Notes: generated by a model from the sequence alone, not told the origin. Shown: positions 11,146 to 26,399, counted from the first letter of the stretch. The stretch is 64,000 nt of DNA from Isurus oxyrinchus (GCA_026770705.1 JANJGN010000001.1:149668001-149732000), one strand, 5' to 3'. Program-made: numbers and translations.

Positions 11146-13179
11146 CTCAAAAGGTTTAAAGGAATCATAGTGGAACTCAAAAAAAGAGAACATGGATTAG
11201 TCAGTGTTTCCAATATAGCATAGTCAAAAAAGTTATACCTTCTTGAATTCAATGTTGCTTTTTATTCTGATTGAGGGCATTTGTGGATTTTATATCTGAA
11301 AAGTCAGCGGAACTTGTTAGGCATAATTAGTAAGAGTACAGAAGGCTGACTGTTATCTGCCTTTCTTCCAGGATAACTCAAACATTCATGACAATCTGTC
11401 TTTTGAAGCTTTGTGTAGGAAGTGCAATAGAAGTTAAATAACTTGGTCGTTGGCAGGGTGAGGGTGGGGGGCTTTGAATATACTCGTAGCGTCCACCTGC
11501 TGATTCAATGGCCTGGCTGTAGAATGGATAAAGCATGAATTAGACCACCTGGAATGATGGAAATTACTGCTGGAACAACCCATGAAGATGACTTGGACGG
11601 AAGCTGGCTAATTGCTGATCAATGTGTATTATGGACAAAAATATACAGAAATGAACACACCTCATCAAGAGCTATTATCATAGACATTTAGGAATAAATT
11701 TCTTTTCATAGAATTATCAGACAGGCTGCAAAATGTACTGCTTAACTGCTAAGCAAAGCAACTATGTAAGTTGAGGCAAGATGATTATCATTTAAGCCAA
11801 CAGAGAAAGAACTAATGAATGTCAGATGTCTCAAAAGGCTGGCTATGAGACATTTTTTTTTTAAAAAGGATAGTGTTCATAATTCTGTTTTTCCACCCAC
11901 CCTCAAAAAAGAGATAACAGCTTATTCACTTGTATGTAGACGATGAACAAATGAAGGAGAAGCTATACTTGATGTAAGGTCACACAAATTAAAATAATAA
12001 ACTGTGAATCTGTGAAATTACAACAGGAAAGCAGGCAATTTGATGCATTATGTCTGTATATTCTTTATTCCACTTCCCTCCTTTTTGTCAATATCCTTTC
12101 AAATTTTTCTTTCTCTGCTCAGTAACTGCTAGTAAATCCTTGCATGTTTTAAGAACACTGTGTGAAAAATTTCTGCCTATTTGATGCATAACATACGATG
12201 TATTATACATTGCCAGTGTTGGAAAACTAGCAATAGGGTTTTTGTTTAATCCCTGGGCTGTCTACAAATCACCTACATCTTTGGCAGGAAAAGATACTCT
12301 GTGGCCCAAATTGAGAGTGTGCAATTGAGACATCGAATTACACAGAAATTACAACACCGAAACCAACTATTCAGTACAACCAGTATTCCGTGGTATCTGT
12401 CCTGTTTCCAAATTTCCTAATTTTCCTTTCTTTCAACCACCTACCTTCACTGATTCTTAAACGCTAACTGCTTCATTCACTAACTTTGAAACATTCTATA
12501 AATAAACTACAATACAGGAACAACATGCAGATACTGAACACAAATAAAATTTTGCAACTGAGATACAAAACTTTACACGCAACTCTTTTTCCTGTACTCA
12601 AATTATCTCCCTATCCCTACAGTTGTAACTGCTTTAATATCATGTCACTTAAATTTTCATAGAAGTTATTCAGCATTTTAATCAAATGCCTTCTGGAAAT
12701 TCATATATACAACATCCACTGCCTTGTTTTTCTGCAGAGCCTCTGCAATTTAATCAAAAAAGTGACGTACAACCCCTTCCTTATAAATCTATACTAATAC
12801 TCTCAAATCAGCCAAAATATTCACTAATTTCTATGTGTTTCTACAACTGAGGCAAGGCTACCTGGCCACTAATTTCCTGGGTTTATCATTTTTTTCCTTA
12901 TTTGAACAGGACTCAGGAATCTGAGCACTGATGGGAAAAGATAAGATTAAAAAAATACATATCAACATATACATGGTACAACATAACAACGCATGTCAAT
13001 TCAGGCAATTAGGACGCTTTGACACAGTATCAGCCTATGCCCTAGACATCAATAGTATAAATTACATCATGCTCCTTCTACACTACCAAACCATAGAAGT
13101 GCACTTCACAGCATTTCCATTTCTCACACTTCCGTCCTTGAAGCCTCTTAATTAAACTGATAACTTAAAGCTGATTTTT

Positions 13180-13575
13180 AAAAATTCTTTCATGGGATGT
13201 GGGTGTCGCAGGCAAGGTCAGCATTTGTTGCCCATCCTGAATTGCCTTTGAACTGAGTGGCTTGCTAGGCCATTTCAGTGGGCAATTAAAAGTCAACCAC
13301 ATTGCTGTGCATCTGGAGTCACATACAGCCAGCGCCGGTAAGGATGGCAAATTTCCATCTGTAAAGGACATTAGTAAACCAGGTGGGTTCTTACAACAAC
13401 CTATGGCATTCACGTGATCACTATTACAACGGCTAGCTTTATATTCCAGATTGTGTTGACGGAATTCAAATTCTACCAGCTGCTGTGGTGGGATCGCAGC
13501 ACATGTCCCCAGAGAATTAGCCCGGGCCTCTGGCTTACTAGGTCAATGACATTACAACTACACCACCATTTCCCC
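13180..13575 (-). mobile_element. tRNA-derived SINE, same family as 6876-7225
   Basis: Reverse complement of the SINE body and tail. Confidence 0.85.
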
Positions 13576-15213
13576 GAACAGTTCTGGACTCATGCCAACT
13601 AAGAACTAGATCGTGACTGCCATTATTTATTTCATTTAGACTTTAACTGCGACCAGGGACGGGGACCAGCCTCATTTGTTTCTGGGATGGATTGGAAGTC
13701 TGGTCCCCAAAGTAAGGTATAAACATTCAAAACCACTCTACCACTTAAGAACAATATTCTAAATAATTAGCTCTCAGACAAAGTTGTCAGTAGTCCTCAA
13801 GTGACTGATGGATTAAAATTTATAATTTATAGAGCATGATTAAGATGAAACAGCCCTGTCTTTTATAAACAGTATTTCATATCATTCAACTACAAACTAG
13901 CATTAATAACTAATAGAGACATCAGTCTACCAGATTGCTCCACATTACTAACTAGAGAAAGGATGGTAATAAGAGGCTACCATACGCAGTTAAAGTTGGG
14001 TGTGAGCATGTGTAAAGGTTTCAAATAAGTGCTAATATTCAAACCTGAAACCTCAGAAATTATTGATATTAGTTAAGTCCTATTCAGTAAATAGCAAATT
14101 TTAGGATCATAATAGTACTCTCAAGGTTTTATGGAAAACATATTCACTCGAAATACATTACCCCATGGCATTTTATTTATCAATAATTACTTTAAGGGAA
14201 ATAAAAAATCAAAGGAAGCTTTCTTTTTCTTTAAATACTTTTCCTTTATAAAAAGTGACAATCTGACCAGGAATTTACTCAATTTGGTTCTGAGAAACAT
14301 CAATATGAAGGCTAACACATAAGGAATTACTTTCTGATAGACTATTGCAGCGACTTCAATTATGGGCCGTAATCTTGGTGTCTCAGATAGCTCCATTATA
14401 AACAAGGAAACAACTTAAGCGATCTTAAGACACTTCAACCTCATCCAACCTCAGGAAACCAAGCTCAGGATGTAAAATGCCTGCCCAACAGAATAGTTTC
14501 TTGGGATCAGATATCTTTGGAGAGAATCCCATACACGCTTGAGATCTCAGTTATTTCATTTTTAATGCAATTATTCTAGAACACATGGCCACCCCCATCA
14601 TCAATATCATCAAAAAGAACTGGCAGGAGCAAGAAGTTAAGGATTTTCATGCTAATAAGAAAATTGATTTCAAAATTCCTTGCTGAAGACTCTAATTGAC
14701 TTTTATAAAGGTGAAGTACTTCAAATAAAAAGTAGACTTTGCTCCCTCTTTAACTTAGGTCATTTATTTTTGCGTTTTCAGGAAATTGATGATCTTTGTC
14801 TAGAATTAAACGTTTTGTTTTGCTTGCTCCTAAAATGTAATCATTAATTCCACTTCCATAACATGAGGCCTCTAACAAATGAAGAGGTGTATATGAACTG
14901 CATTACACACCCAGGCTGAGGATTGCTGCAGTTCCATGAAAATGGCCATACTAAAAACATCAGCACTTTTTGATGAAAATCAAGCAAATTTTAAAAGGTT
15001 TAGAATATTAATGTATATTTACATTATATAATTAATATTACATACCACATGCAATAATGGTATTTTTGTTACCCTCCTAGCAAAAGGCATTCTGCAATGC
15101 TAACATAAGGATCAACAGGTACTAGATAACCACTGGTACCTCACCAAAGCAGCCATTCTTTACAAGTGAACCTACAAAGCAAGTGTTCGCAGGCGATGTA
15201 ACCATGGTTGAGT

Positions 15214-18200
15214 ATCACAGAATCAGAGTGCAGAAGAGGCCCTTCGGCCCATCGAGTCTGCACTGACACATGAGAAACTCCTGACCTACCTACCTAATCT
15301 CATTTACAAGCACTTGGCCCATTGCCTTGAATGTTATGATGTGCTAAAAGCTCATCCAGGTACTTTTTAAAGGATGTGAGGCAACCTGCCTCCACCACCT
15401 CCCAGGCAGTGCATTCCAGACCGTCACCACCCTCTGGGTAAAAAAGCTTTTCCTCACATCCCCCTAAACCTCCTGCCCCTCACTTTGAAATTATGCCCCC
15501 TTGTGACTGACCCTTCAACTAAGGGGAACAGCTGCTCCCTATTCACCCTGTCCATGCCCCTCATAATCTTCTGCACCTCAATCAGATCACCCCTCAGTCT
15601 TCACTGCTCCAGCGAAAACAACCCAAATCTATCCAACGCTCTTCATAACTTAAATGTTTCATCTCAGGCAACATCCTGGTGAATCTCCTCTGCACCCCCT
15701 CCAGTGCAATCACATCCTTCCTACAATGTGGCGACCAGAACTGCACACAGTACTCTAACTGTGGCCTCACCAAGGTTCTATACAACTCCAACATGACCTC
15801 CCTACTTTTGTAATCTATGCCTCGATTGATAAAGGCAAGTGTCCCATATGCCTTTTTCACCATCCCACTAACATTTCCCTCCGCCTTCAGAAATCGATGG
15901 ACACACACACCAAGGTCCCTTTGTTCCTCAGAACTTCCTAGTGGCATGCCGTTCATTGAATACTTCCTTGTCAAATTATTCCTTCCAAAGTGTATCACCT
16001 CTCACTTTTCAGGGTTAAATTCCATCTGCCAATTAACTACCCATTTGACCATCCCATCTATATCTTCCTGTAGCCCAAGACACTCAACCTCACTGTTAAT
16101 CACCCGGCCAATTTTTGTGTCATCCGCAAACTTACTAAACCTACATAATCATCTATGTCATTTATATAAATGACAAATAATAGGAGACCGAGCACAGATC
16201 CCTATGTGCCGCCACTGGACACTGGCTTCCAGTCACTAAAACATCCTTCTGTCATCACCTTCTGCCTCCTACAACTAAGCCAATTTTGAATCCACCTTAT
16301 CAAAGTACCCTGTATTCCATGTGCATTCGCCTTCTTTATAAGTCTCCCATGTGGGAACTTGTCAAAGACTTTGCTGAAATCCATATAAACTACATCAACT
16401 GCATTACCCTCATCTACACACCTGGTCACCTTCTCAAAAAATTCAATCAAATTTGTTAGGCATGACCTCCCTCTGACAAAGCCATGCTGACTATCCCTGA
16501 TCAAACGTTGCCTCTCCAAGTGGAGATAGATACTCTCCTTCAGAAATTTCTCCAATAGTTTTCCTACCACTGATGTGAGACTCACTGGCCTGTAGTTCCC
16601 TGGCTAATCTCTACAACCCTTCTTAAATAGCAGAACCACATTAGCTGTTCTCCAGTCCTCTGGCACCTCCCCCGTGGCCAGAGAGGAATTAAAAATTTGT
16701 GTCAGAGCCCTGTGATCTCCTCCCTTGCCTCCCTCAGCAGTCTGGGACGCAAATCATCGAGACCTGGAGATTTGTCCACTTTTAAGCCTGCCAACACCTC
16801 CAATACTTTGTCACTCCCTATATCAATTTGCTTAAGAACCTCGCAGTCTCTCTTCCCAAGTTCTATACCTTCATCTTCATTCTCTTCAGTAAAGACGGAC
16901 GTGAAGAATTCGTTCAACATTATACCGATGTCCTCTGGCTCCACCCATAGACTGTCCCCTTGGTCCCTTATGGGCCCGACTCTTTCCCTGGTTATCCTCT
17001 TCCCATTGATATACTTATAGCATATCTTGGGATTTTTCCCTACTTTTACCAGCCAGAGCTTTCTCCTATCCCCTCTTTGCTCTCCTAATTGCTTTCTTAA
17101 GCTCCACCCTTCACTTTCTGTACTCCACTAAAGCCTCTGCTGAATTGCTTCCCTTGTACCTGCTAAAAGCCTCTCTTTTCCTTCTTATCGTAACCTGAAT
17201 ATCTCTGGTCATCCATGGTTCTCTGGGCTTGTTACTCCTTCCTATCACCCTAGAGGGAACATGTTGAGCCTGTACTCTTCCCATTTCCTTTTTGAATGCC
17301 CCCACTGCTCTTCTGTAGATTTCCCAACAAGTAGCTGTTCCCAGTCTACCTTGGCCAGATCCTGCCTTATGTTACTAAAATCCACTCTCCCCCCAATCCA
17401 AAACATTTTTTTTTAACTTGTCGATTTCTTTGTCCATAACTAGCTTAAATTGTACCATGTTGTGGTCGTTATCACTAAAATGCTCGCCCACCACCACCTC
17501 AGTCACCTGTCTGGCTCCATTCCCCAAAATTAAGTCCAGCAATGCCCCGTCCCTTGTTGGACCCTCTATATATTGACCTAAAAAGTTCTCCTGTACACAT
17601 TTCAAGAAATCCATTCCATCCAAGCTCTTAACACTATGTCTATCCCAATTAATGTTGGGAAAGTTGAAATCACCTAATATAAATTACCCTTATTGTTATT
17701 GTTTTTACACACCTCCACAAATTGTGCACATATTTGCTCCTCAATTTCCCACTGCCTATCTGGAGGTCTATAATAAACACCTGATAATGTGGTTGTCCCT
17801 TTTTTATTCCTAAGCTCTACCCACAAAGCTTCATTCAATGCCCCCTCCAAGATATCATCTCTCCTTATTGCAGTACCTGACTCCTTAACCAATACTGCAA
17901 TGCCTTCTCCTCTGTTACCCCCTCCCCTGTCTCGCCTGAAAATTCTAAATCCCGGAATGTAGAGCTGCCAACCATGCCCCTCCCACAACAACATCTCAGT
18001 GATGGCTGCTATATCACAATTCCACATGTCAATCCTCACCCTTAACTCATCCGTTTTACCTGTAATACTCCTGGCATTAAAGTAGAGCCCATCCAGCCTT
18101 GCCTTACTCCCTTGAAACTTAATGCAGCTGCGCTCCCTCTGACTTGATTGTTTCACTGTATTATGATGTGTCCCTATTCTGCTAACATTGTGTCCCCTCT

Positions 18201-18545
18201 CCCTGCCAAATTAGTTTAAACTCCTCCCAACAGCACTAGCAAACCCGCCCGCAAGGATGTTAGTCCCGCTCTGATTCAGGTGTAGACCATCCCACTTGTA
18301 CAGGTCCCACCTTCCCCAGGAACGGTCCCAGTGATCCAGGAATCTAAAACCCTCCCTCCTGCACCAACTCTTAAGCCACGTATTCATCTGCGCTATTCTC
18401 CTATTTCTGAGCTCACTAGCACGTGACACTGGGAGTAATCCAGAGATTACAACCAGAGAGGTCTTGCTTTTTAGTCTACTGCCTAACTCCTTGATTTCTT
18501 GATGCAAGGCCTCATCCCTCTTTCTACCTCTCTCATTGGTACATC
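15214..18545 (-). mobile_element. CR1 LINE: ORF1 SGNH-esterase part, APE endonuclease, RT and 3' tail, disrupted
   Basis: ORFs 18211-18561 (VVISGLLPV...DGLHLN), 17674-18156 (YFNARSI...GVYYRPP), 16202-16585 (QHGFVRGRSCLTNL) and 15594-15998. Confidence 0.95.
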
Positions 18546-19959
18546 TACCAACTAAACTCATTTAGTTTAAAACCCTACAGATAATACCTTTATCAGTATG
18601 CAATAAGGAAGTTTAATTTCCAATTTCAGTAGAAATGCCATATGAAAAGAACATTAGGAAAAGTCCATCACTTGTGCAAATATTAATGAAAAGCTGATAT
18701 TCCATTTTGTCAAAGTCATATTTTTTCATATTTTTTCTGAATATTCTGTTTAGGTACAGCTTTTCAAATCAATGGAAGCAGCAAAAGGAATAATTGTGTG
18801 GAATAATCAAGGTCATGCAGTATGAAATCAAGGATTGTGCTGCAGTCACTGAATTCTATTAGTCAATTATTCTGAATGAAAATAATTATACATCACCATT
18901 AATGCCAGTACTTGTTTACAAGCATGAAGGTCACAAAAAGATGACTATGCACTCTGTTATGGAGCAATTACTCATAATAATCTTTTCAAGGTAGTTTATA
19001 ATTATGTAGCCTCAAGAAATCTTTCCCAAAATTAGCAAGTTGTTCAAGAAAGCCAGCAGTGAAAAGGATAATTGCAAAAATTGCATGCTTGGATTATTAA
19101 TTTATCCTATACAGGCATGGATCATGGGATACTTTCCAATAGGTCAATTAATATTTATTTTTATTGATGTAGATTCAGAAGCATGTTGTTCCCAATGGTG
19201 CTCATGAGGAACAATTTTATTTTACCACATTTGGTTGTAGTTTTCTTGGTTCAATGTCATTAGTATGCTGCAATTTGCTAAAAAATCTCCACCATCTACA
19301 TAAAGTAAGAGGTTCATATTTATGATCCTTTTTCTCAACATCTATTGTTTGCAAAAGATAAAGAGTAAGTTAACTAGTACAAATAAATTATTTCATAAAA
19401 GCAAGCAATATTGCCAAAAGCTCAGTGCAGCAATATGCCATGTGCTGTATTTTATTGGGTCCTCCCAACAGCCAGCCTGAGCAAATCAAGTAATTTTGCG
19501 CTTGGATATTCTTGGATATTCTGTTTTTTATTGAGTGAGCAAGAAAATTTGTCATTCTTAGATAACTCACTTGAAGGGAGAGGGCAAACAAGAAAACTGT
19601 CTGAAAAGTAGTACCATTTTAAACGGCTTAAAGGCATTTCTTAGTGTGGTGATATGTTCCACCGTAGCTACTGAGAGAGCAGCACCAGCAGCACTAGAAA
19701 ATACAAGGGAGGAGGATCTAGGCATTTTGTTGTAAATTTTTGAAGGCAGAACCTAGTGAGTTATGGCTTCTTCAGCAGCTCAGCCATCATGATATTATTC
19801 TTTTCTGAATATCAATAGGTTCAACCACTATGGGCATCTCTGTCAAGTCCAATACTATCACAGTGGTATTACCCCACAAACATTTGTAAATGTAGCTGGT
19901 AGGCTGGAAGTTGAGGGGGTAATTTATTCAGCAGTGTTTAAATTATAGCTTTCTTTACA

Positions 19960-21395
19960 TCATTCATGGGATGTGAATATTGCTGCTAAGGTTCAACTCC
20001 TTGTTGCCCTTGAGAATATGTGTGTGAGCTTCCTTCTTGAGTCACTGCAGTTCATGCGGTGAAGGTATTCTCACAGTGCCTTTAGGTAGAGAGTTCCAGG
20101 CATCTGACCCTCCGACAAGATATTTCAAAGACAGAATAGTGTATGATTGCAGATGATGGTTTGCCCATATATTTTCTGCTCTTGTTCTTCCACGTGGTAG
20201 AGGTTCTGGGTTTGGAAGGTGCAGTCGAAGAAGCCTTGGCTAGTTGCTGCAGTATGTTACAAATGAAGCCACAAGATTCCATGGTTTAAAATATAAGAAT
20301 TTTTACTATACAAGAGTAAAACAAAGCAAGCATTAAATAATATTTTGGGTAACCACCTATATTCTAAAATGCAGAATCAACCTAAGTTAAACATGAATTA
20401 ACAGGCAAATCGCAGTTTATCATAAACTACAATTACATATTAAATGGCAGAAACAAACAAGACGGGTCTTACGAATTGGCTCAGCAATCCACTCAGGTTT
20501 TGGTGACCATATTCAGTCACAAAGTCCTTCAAACTCTGTCTTCCTTGCAAGGAATTTCAGCTCCTCTTTTTCTGGGACTTTTGCCTGATCCCCAACTGAC
20601 AACAGTGCACAACCAACCTGAGTTCCATAGGCACAGACTACACCAAAAATGGCAGACATCTGCAGAAACTTCTCAACTTTGTTTACAATGGGCTGGATGG
20701 CATAGATCCACCAATATTATCTTCATGTAACAGAAACAACTGCAGCAACTGTGTATTTGCTTCTAGATCTAGCCTCTATCTTCTTTAGTCCATCTGTACT
20801 GCACTACTGGACTCATGACCAACTGAGTTCTGTCTCCTTTTAAATAATTTCAACCTGAAGTTTTGATTTCCAATCTGAGTTTCATTATTAGTTTCCTTAG
20901 AAACTTAAGAGGGCTAATTGCCCTTTTCAATTAGGGTCTGTCTCAAAAAATACAAGCTTTGAAGCTACAGATTCAATTACAAGTGCATCTTGTAGATGAA
21001 ACACACTGTGCACTGGCGATGGTGAGAGTGAATACTTAAAGAGGATAGATAAGCTGTCTTGCATGGTGTTGAGCGTCTCGAGTATTGTTGGAGTTAAAAT
21101 CATCGTGCAAGTGGTGTGTATCGCATTAAACTACCGACGGGTGCCTTGTAAATGGTGGACAGGCTTTGAGGGGTCAGTAGTTGAGTCACTTGCCACAGAG
21201 CACTCTGCTTCTGACGTGCTCTTGTAGCCACAATATTTATGTTAAGTTTCTGGTGAATGGTAACTCCCAGGATGTTGATGGTGGGGTTTATGGTGATGGT
21301 AATACTACTGAATGTCATTGGGGGGGGCAGTTAGACTCTCTCTTACTGGGATGGTCATTGCCTGGCATTTGTATGACATGAATATTACATGCATA
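19960..21395 (-). mobile_element. Lineage-B LINE 3' fragment, split by a solo LTR
   Basis: PTINILGVTI.QKLN motif (ORF 21100-21318). The sequence is continuous across 20254/20982. Confidence 0.75.
20255..20981. mobile_element. Solo LTR (TG...CA), probably Gypsy
   Basis: TGTTA...TTACA termini with 4-bp TSD AGTA/AGTG; interrupts a recognisable LINE. Confidence 0.65.
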
Positions 21396-22700
21396 TATTG
21401 AATATCAGAGGTTAGAGATGGGTCAAGTAAAAATATTTTGACAAGCATATGTAACTATGGTAATCCTCTTTATTAAATAATTCATAATTTAAGCTGCCCT
21501 CCCTCATACCACATGTTCAGTTACAATAATTTTTGTTACAATCATTTCTTCTTGATTACAATAATGTTCACTGGTCGGCCATCAAATTAAACTTGACAAC
21601 TACCATGTGGTTATACCAAGTATAACATCTCAATAGCAAAACCATATAAAATTGTTCTGTCAGTCTTAGAAACAAAATAAAACAATTTGATGTTAACATG
21701 CATTGAGAAATATACACAATCGGTCATTTTGTGTATTTGCATTTGGAGAAAGAAGAGAAATTCAACAAGTCCATTGTGTACCCTCTTCGCAATTGTAATT
21801 TGGTCACAATTGGGAATAACTCACTTCAAATGCCTGGACTTTTCAAGTCACTAGCACCTGGGCCTTTTGAACACCCTTGCAGCATTGGCAGTGATTGAGG
21901 AATCCATATGAAAATGTCAGTCAAAACCTTACTATCGAAATGCGCATCTGGTCATCAGTCTAATTTTTTCATTAAAATACTGAATTAGAATTCAACTGCT
22001 GAAAATAAAAGACTATCACAATCAAGCGCATACCATCAAAAGTTGAAGAACTACATTTGGCAAATAGCCAACATTATTTATGCTTTCCAGGTTTGGTGAA
22101 GTGAAAAATAAAGTCACTCAGGAGCCAGCAACTAACAACAGCATTTTCCCCAATGACTGCTTCTTAATACTAAATTATTAATACTGCATATGTAGAAGCT
22201 TTGAATCTGGCATGATAAAAGGTGCCTATTGAGCTTGGGTCACATTCGTAAAAAAATCTGCCTTCATCTTCAACCACCTGTAATGGCACACTTCGCTTAA
22301 TTTTCACTGCTTGGATCTTCAGTTCAGGGTGGTTCTTAGCAGGACTTATGCCCGAACAATCAATGATAGTGAGATGCCAAGGCATCATCTTGTTCACTAA
22401 CATCTTAGGCCTTCTATTAAATATAACATTAATCTAAGTGGCCAAAAATTGCCCCAATTGCAAGATGGTTCTGGTCTAGGACAGTCACAGAAAAATATTT
22501 TGTGAAGTATTTTGGATCATCAAAACATTGAGAAAAGCATAATATAAATGCAAATTTGTTATTTTAATATTCACAGAAAAAATAATGACTGGCAAAATGT
22601 TCATCTAGTTATTGTTTATGTTTGAAATCCTGAGTGCAAAGCATTTTGGGAGGTCTGAATATTGTGAAAAACACATTACAAACAAATTAGTTATTTTATT

Positions 22701-22827
22701 CAGAGATAAAAACAAAAAAACTGGATGCTGGAGTCAAAGGGTCATGAGGACTCGAAACGTCAACTCCTTTCTTCTCCGCCGATGCTGCCAGACCTGCTGA
22801 GTTTTTCCAGGTAATTCTGTTTTTGTT
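22701..22827. mobile_element. Short inverted PLE-terminus insertion of the young family, with TSD
   Basis: Reverse-oriented long terminus (22701-22732) fused to a forward piece from 22733 (GTCAAAGGGTC...CTGTTTTTGTT). TSD TTAGTTATTTTATT at 22687-22700 and 22828-22841. Confidence 0.85.
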
Positions 22828-22959
22828 TTAGTTATTTTATTATTCAGAGAAATCAAAAAAGGGGTAAAATCTTAATCTAGGTATTGCTTATCTTTGAAAT
22901 TTATTCTCAGATAATGCAAAGTTCCCAAAATTAGTCATCATAAAAATAGTTATGTAACA

Positions 22960-23750
22960 ACCTACATTTACATAGAACTTTCAACAGAGAAAAATCTTTC
23001 AATGAGCTTCACAGAAGTATCAGTCAAAATTCCAACACTGAGCACACAAAGCAGTAGCTAGGAGAGGTAATCAAAAGCTTGATTAGAGGTAGGTTTTCAC
23101 AGCCAACAGGGAAGAGAGAGGGGAAGAAAACCAGAAAGGTTTAGGAAGGGAATTCCAGACCTTTGGGCCAAAACAGCATGGCCCTCAATGCTGGAATAAA
23201 AATAATCAGAAATGTGCAAGAATTTCACATCGATTTCCATCGGTTGTAGAGTTGGAGGAGGTTTCAAAGATAGGGAGGAGAGGCGCTACTGGGGATTTGA
23301 AAACAAGAAGGAGAATTTAACATTGACTCCTGGTTTGGCAATGCCTCAAAGTGAAAAAGCAAGTATGGGGTGATGGGGATTCAGGACTTGATGCAAATTA
23401 CAAGAGCAGAACAGATTTGGATGAGCTCAAATTTACAGAGGGTGCTAGGCCGGAGACTGGCCAAAACAGTGGAAATTGTCAAGTCTGAAGGTAATAATGA
23501 CATGGTTGAGGGTTTCAGCAATAGATGGTCTGAGGCCAGGTAAAAGTCCAATAATGAGGTGAGATGTAGGCAGGCTTGGTGATTTCAAGGATATGGAGCG
23601 GGAAGTTCAGCTTCAAGTCAAATAGGATGCTGAGGTTGCAAACAATCTGGTTGAGCCTTTAACACTTGCCATGGAGGCAGGGATGGAGGTGGTGGCCAAG
23701 GAATGAATTCTGTGACAGGGCTGAAGACAATGCCTTCAGTTCCCCAATAT
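22960..23750 (-). mobile_element. Degraded L2 3' portion
   Basis: L2-like tail; NIGELKALSS-like remnant near 23720-23750. Confidence 0.6.
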
Positions 23751-24384
23751 TTTAAAAAAAAAATTAGACTAATATTCTATAATTTAATGTCTGAATTTTA
23801 CTTGTGATTGATTCAGTAAATTAACAAGGCCAGATTCATTTCTGTGCAATCAGCACTATTTTAGACTTGAATATTACACTGCCAGCAGTTAAAACAAAAG
23901 CATTTCAAAACTTTAAACCAGGATGGCAATTAACTATCATGGTCCTTCATTTTTATTTCGGAGAATAGTCAGGAATGATCTTTTGAATTGTCCTTTATAG
24001 CCATCAGTTAACTGCACAGATACACACCACTTCTCTGATGAAGCTTCCACATTGCATTGCACAGGTGCTGACTTGAAGCCAAGTCCACACTATACATTGA
24101 TAATGAGATGCAGCACAGTCATTAAGCCATTACACTGTAAATTAGATTTTATCTAAGTTTTGCTACAGTACACCCATGTTAAAATTGGTTCCTGTAGATG
24201 CACAGTCTTCCAACTTTCAACAGAACATATCTTAATTTGCTCTTTTTATACTACTGTGCGCTGTGGGGCAATAGTAAAGTAAACCCCCAACAAAAACACA
24301 TCAACATAGGATCCACTTTACAACCTTCTTAACTCAACACCGAGTTCAACAATTTCAGATCATAACCACTGCTTCCATTTTTTT

Positions 24385-24705
24385 CTGTTGCCATTTACAG
24401 CTCCTTTTGGGTCCATTTTTTGGACTTTTTACTTGTCCCATCACCCTTCCCTTTTGCCTTGCTCCAATGATCTTTTTGTCTTTTAACCACTCCTGTTTTC
24501 CACACTATAACATATCTTTCCTTTTGCTCTTGCCTCCTCTCCCTCTTACCCTGCCTCTGTACTTGCTTAAAACCTTCTGCAACCTTTTCCAGTGCTGACG
24601 AAAGCTCATCAACTAGAAATGTTAACTCAGGTTCTTTCTTGAAAGATGCTGCCTGCCCATTTCTGATTTATTTCAGATTTTGAGTATTTGCAGTATTTTG
24701 CTCCA
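24385..24705 (+). mobile_element. Older PLE pseudo-LTR with decayed hammerhead (24591-24627)
   Basis: AGTG-CTGACGA-A-AGCTC-ATC-AACTA-GAAA-TGTT-AACT plus the family tail; similar to 9881-10118. Confidence 0.7.
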
Positions 24706-26399
24706 GTAAGGTGAGTTCATATTGAATATAATGTTGGAGATATGTTAAAGGCACATGTACAAAATTCATGTTGCTGACAAAAAAAAACTCACCCGAATAC
24801 AGATTACTCAATCTGGGCTAATAATTTTTTCATGAAAATCATAGACAGTAATTTCACCCTACTGCATCTACATACTTTTGCAATGCTGGGTTGTGCAGCT
24901 TTTAAAATTTCAATTGGATTTAAAAGTTCCAGTGTAAACTTGATTTTTCCCCTCCCTCGACATTTTGTCTTCCTCTCCTATTGGAGGAGATGAAAAAAGG
25001 ATTTACAAGAACCGAGACATACAACAATCAAGCAAGACTGAATCAGTCCAAGATTTCTTCTCCAGAAAGTTGATTTGAATCACCTGTTTGCGTTGTAAAA
25101 TCTACGTTGTTAGGTTTTTGTTGATACCACCTCATAACATCAAATATTGTTTAATAACACTATAAAGAGCCTTGAGACGCTTTACTACATTAAAGGCATT
25201 ATATAAATACAAGTTGCTGTTGACTTACAGTAGGTACCAAGAGCAGTCCAGGATAACTAAACTATTTCCCCTCATTTTAGTACTTTTTCCCACCTGTCTG
25301 AAATCAAGAACCACTGCTATGACAGCTCATTATGCTATATCATGATGTAGTAAAGATCATGCACTATTCTCTCAATTTCATCTCAAGGGCATCCTTCACA
25401 CTCTGAGCGCTTTTAAACTTCCTCTGAACCTACTAATATTCAACAAACCAAAACTAGGTAGATCTTTTTTAATGTATTAATATATGAAAACAGTTGATAG
25501 AATTATAAAAGGAACTATTTATATAGATCTAGAAGTTTTAGTATTGATCAAAAGTATTAAAATAAGAAAAGTGCCATTTCATGATGAGGTCAATTACAAA
25601 TTAATTTCCGTTAGTAAGTGAAGCTTGTAGATTGAGCTGGAGCCAGAACTTCACAAGCTCTTAGTAAACTAGACACTTCTCTCATGAGCACCAATTAATC
25701 TGTAACTCAACTAATGACCTATCAAAATAACTTTTACACAGGATTACCCAAGTAACAGTGTTAAAACAACAGGCAACTGACTCGAGGCCAAATGTGAGTA
25801 ATGCCACAGGTTTGTGGTGAAATAAAGAAATTTCTGACTGATGCCAAACATGATGGCCCCTGATACACCCACTGCATGGGTCCCTCCAGAAATCCTATGA
25901 AAGTTAAACAGGAGTGCTAGCACTTCTCATTAAAATTCTTAATTATTTCTTCCTAAGGCAGTTATTAAAACAGCCCTTATGTGATGTATGAAATACACCC
26001 AATCTTCCTCAGAAATGTTAAGTTCCCTTAAACTTCTTTATTGGATGCATTGTCAAAAGAACAGATGTTTAAAACTAACGCTTGAATGGACAGCTTTTGA
26101 AAAAAATTCACACTTTCCCTAAAAAACGGTGTACACAATGTGGTGTGAAATAGACCAAAAAGTGAGTTAAACACAGGATACCAGATATGTACAAAATTTG
26201 AAGTCAAGAATGTCAAAAATAAACTGAATATTTAGCATTTTTTTCAATAAATGGGTGACAGAAGTATGGAACAGGTTACCAGTGAGGATGATGGAACAGA
26301 ATATCCGGACAGGTTTCAAAGAAAAAATGGGACTGGGTGAATATTAGTTACAAAAGGAAACATGGAGCAGTTAGTTCCAGAAAATGTCAAAGAACTTGA

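Noticed and set aside
22170-22403. 77-aa minus-strand ORF in apparently unique sequence
   Set aside because: No recognisable domain or convincing splice signals, and the length is compatible with chance.
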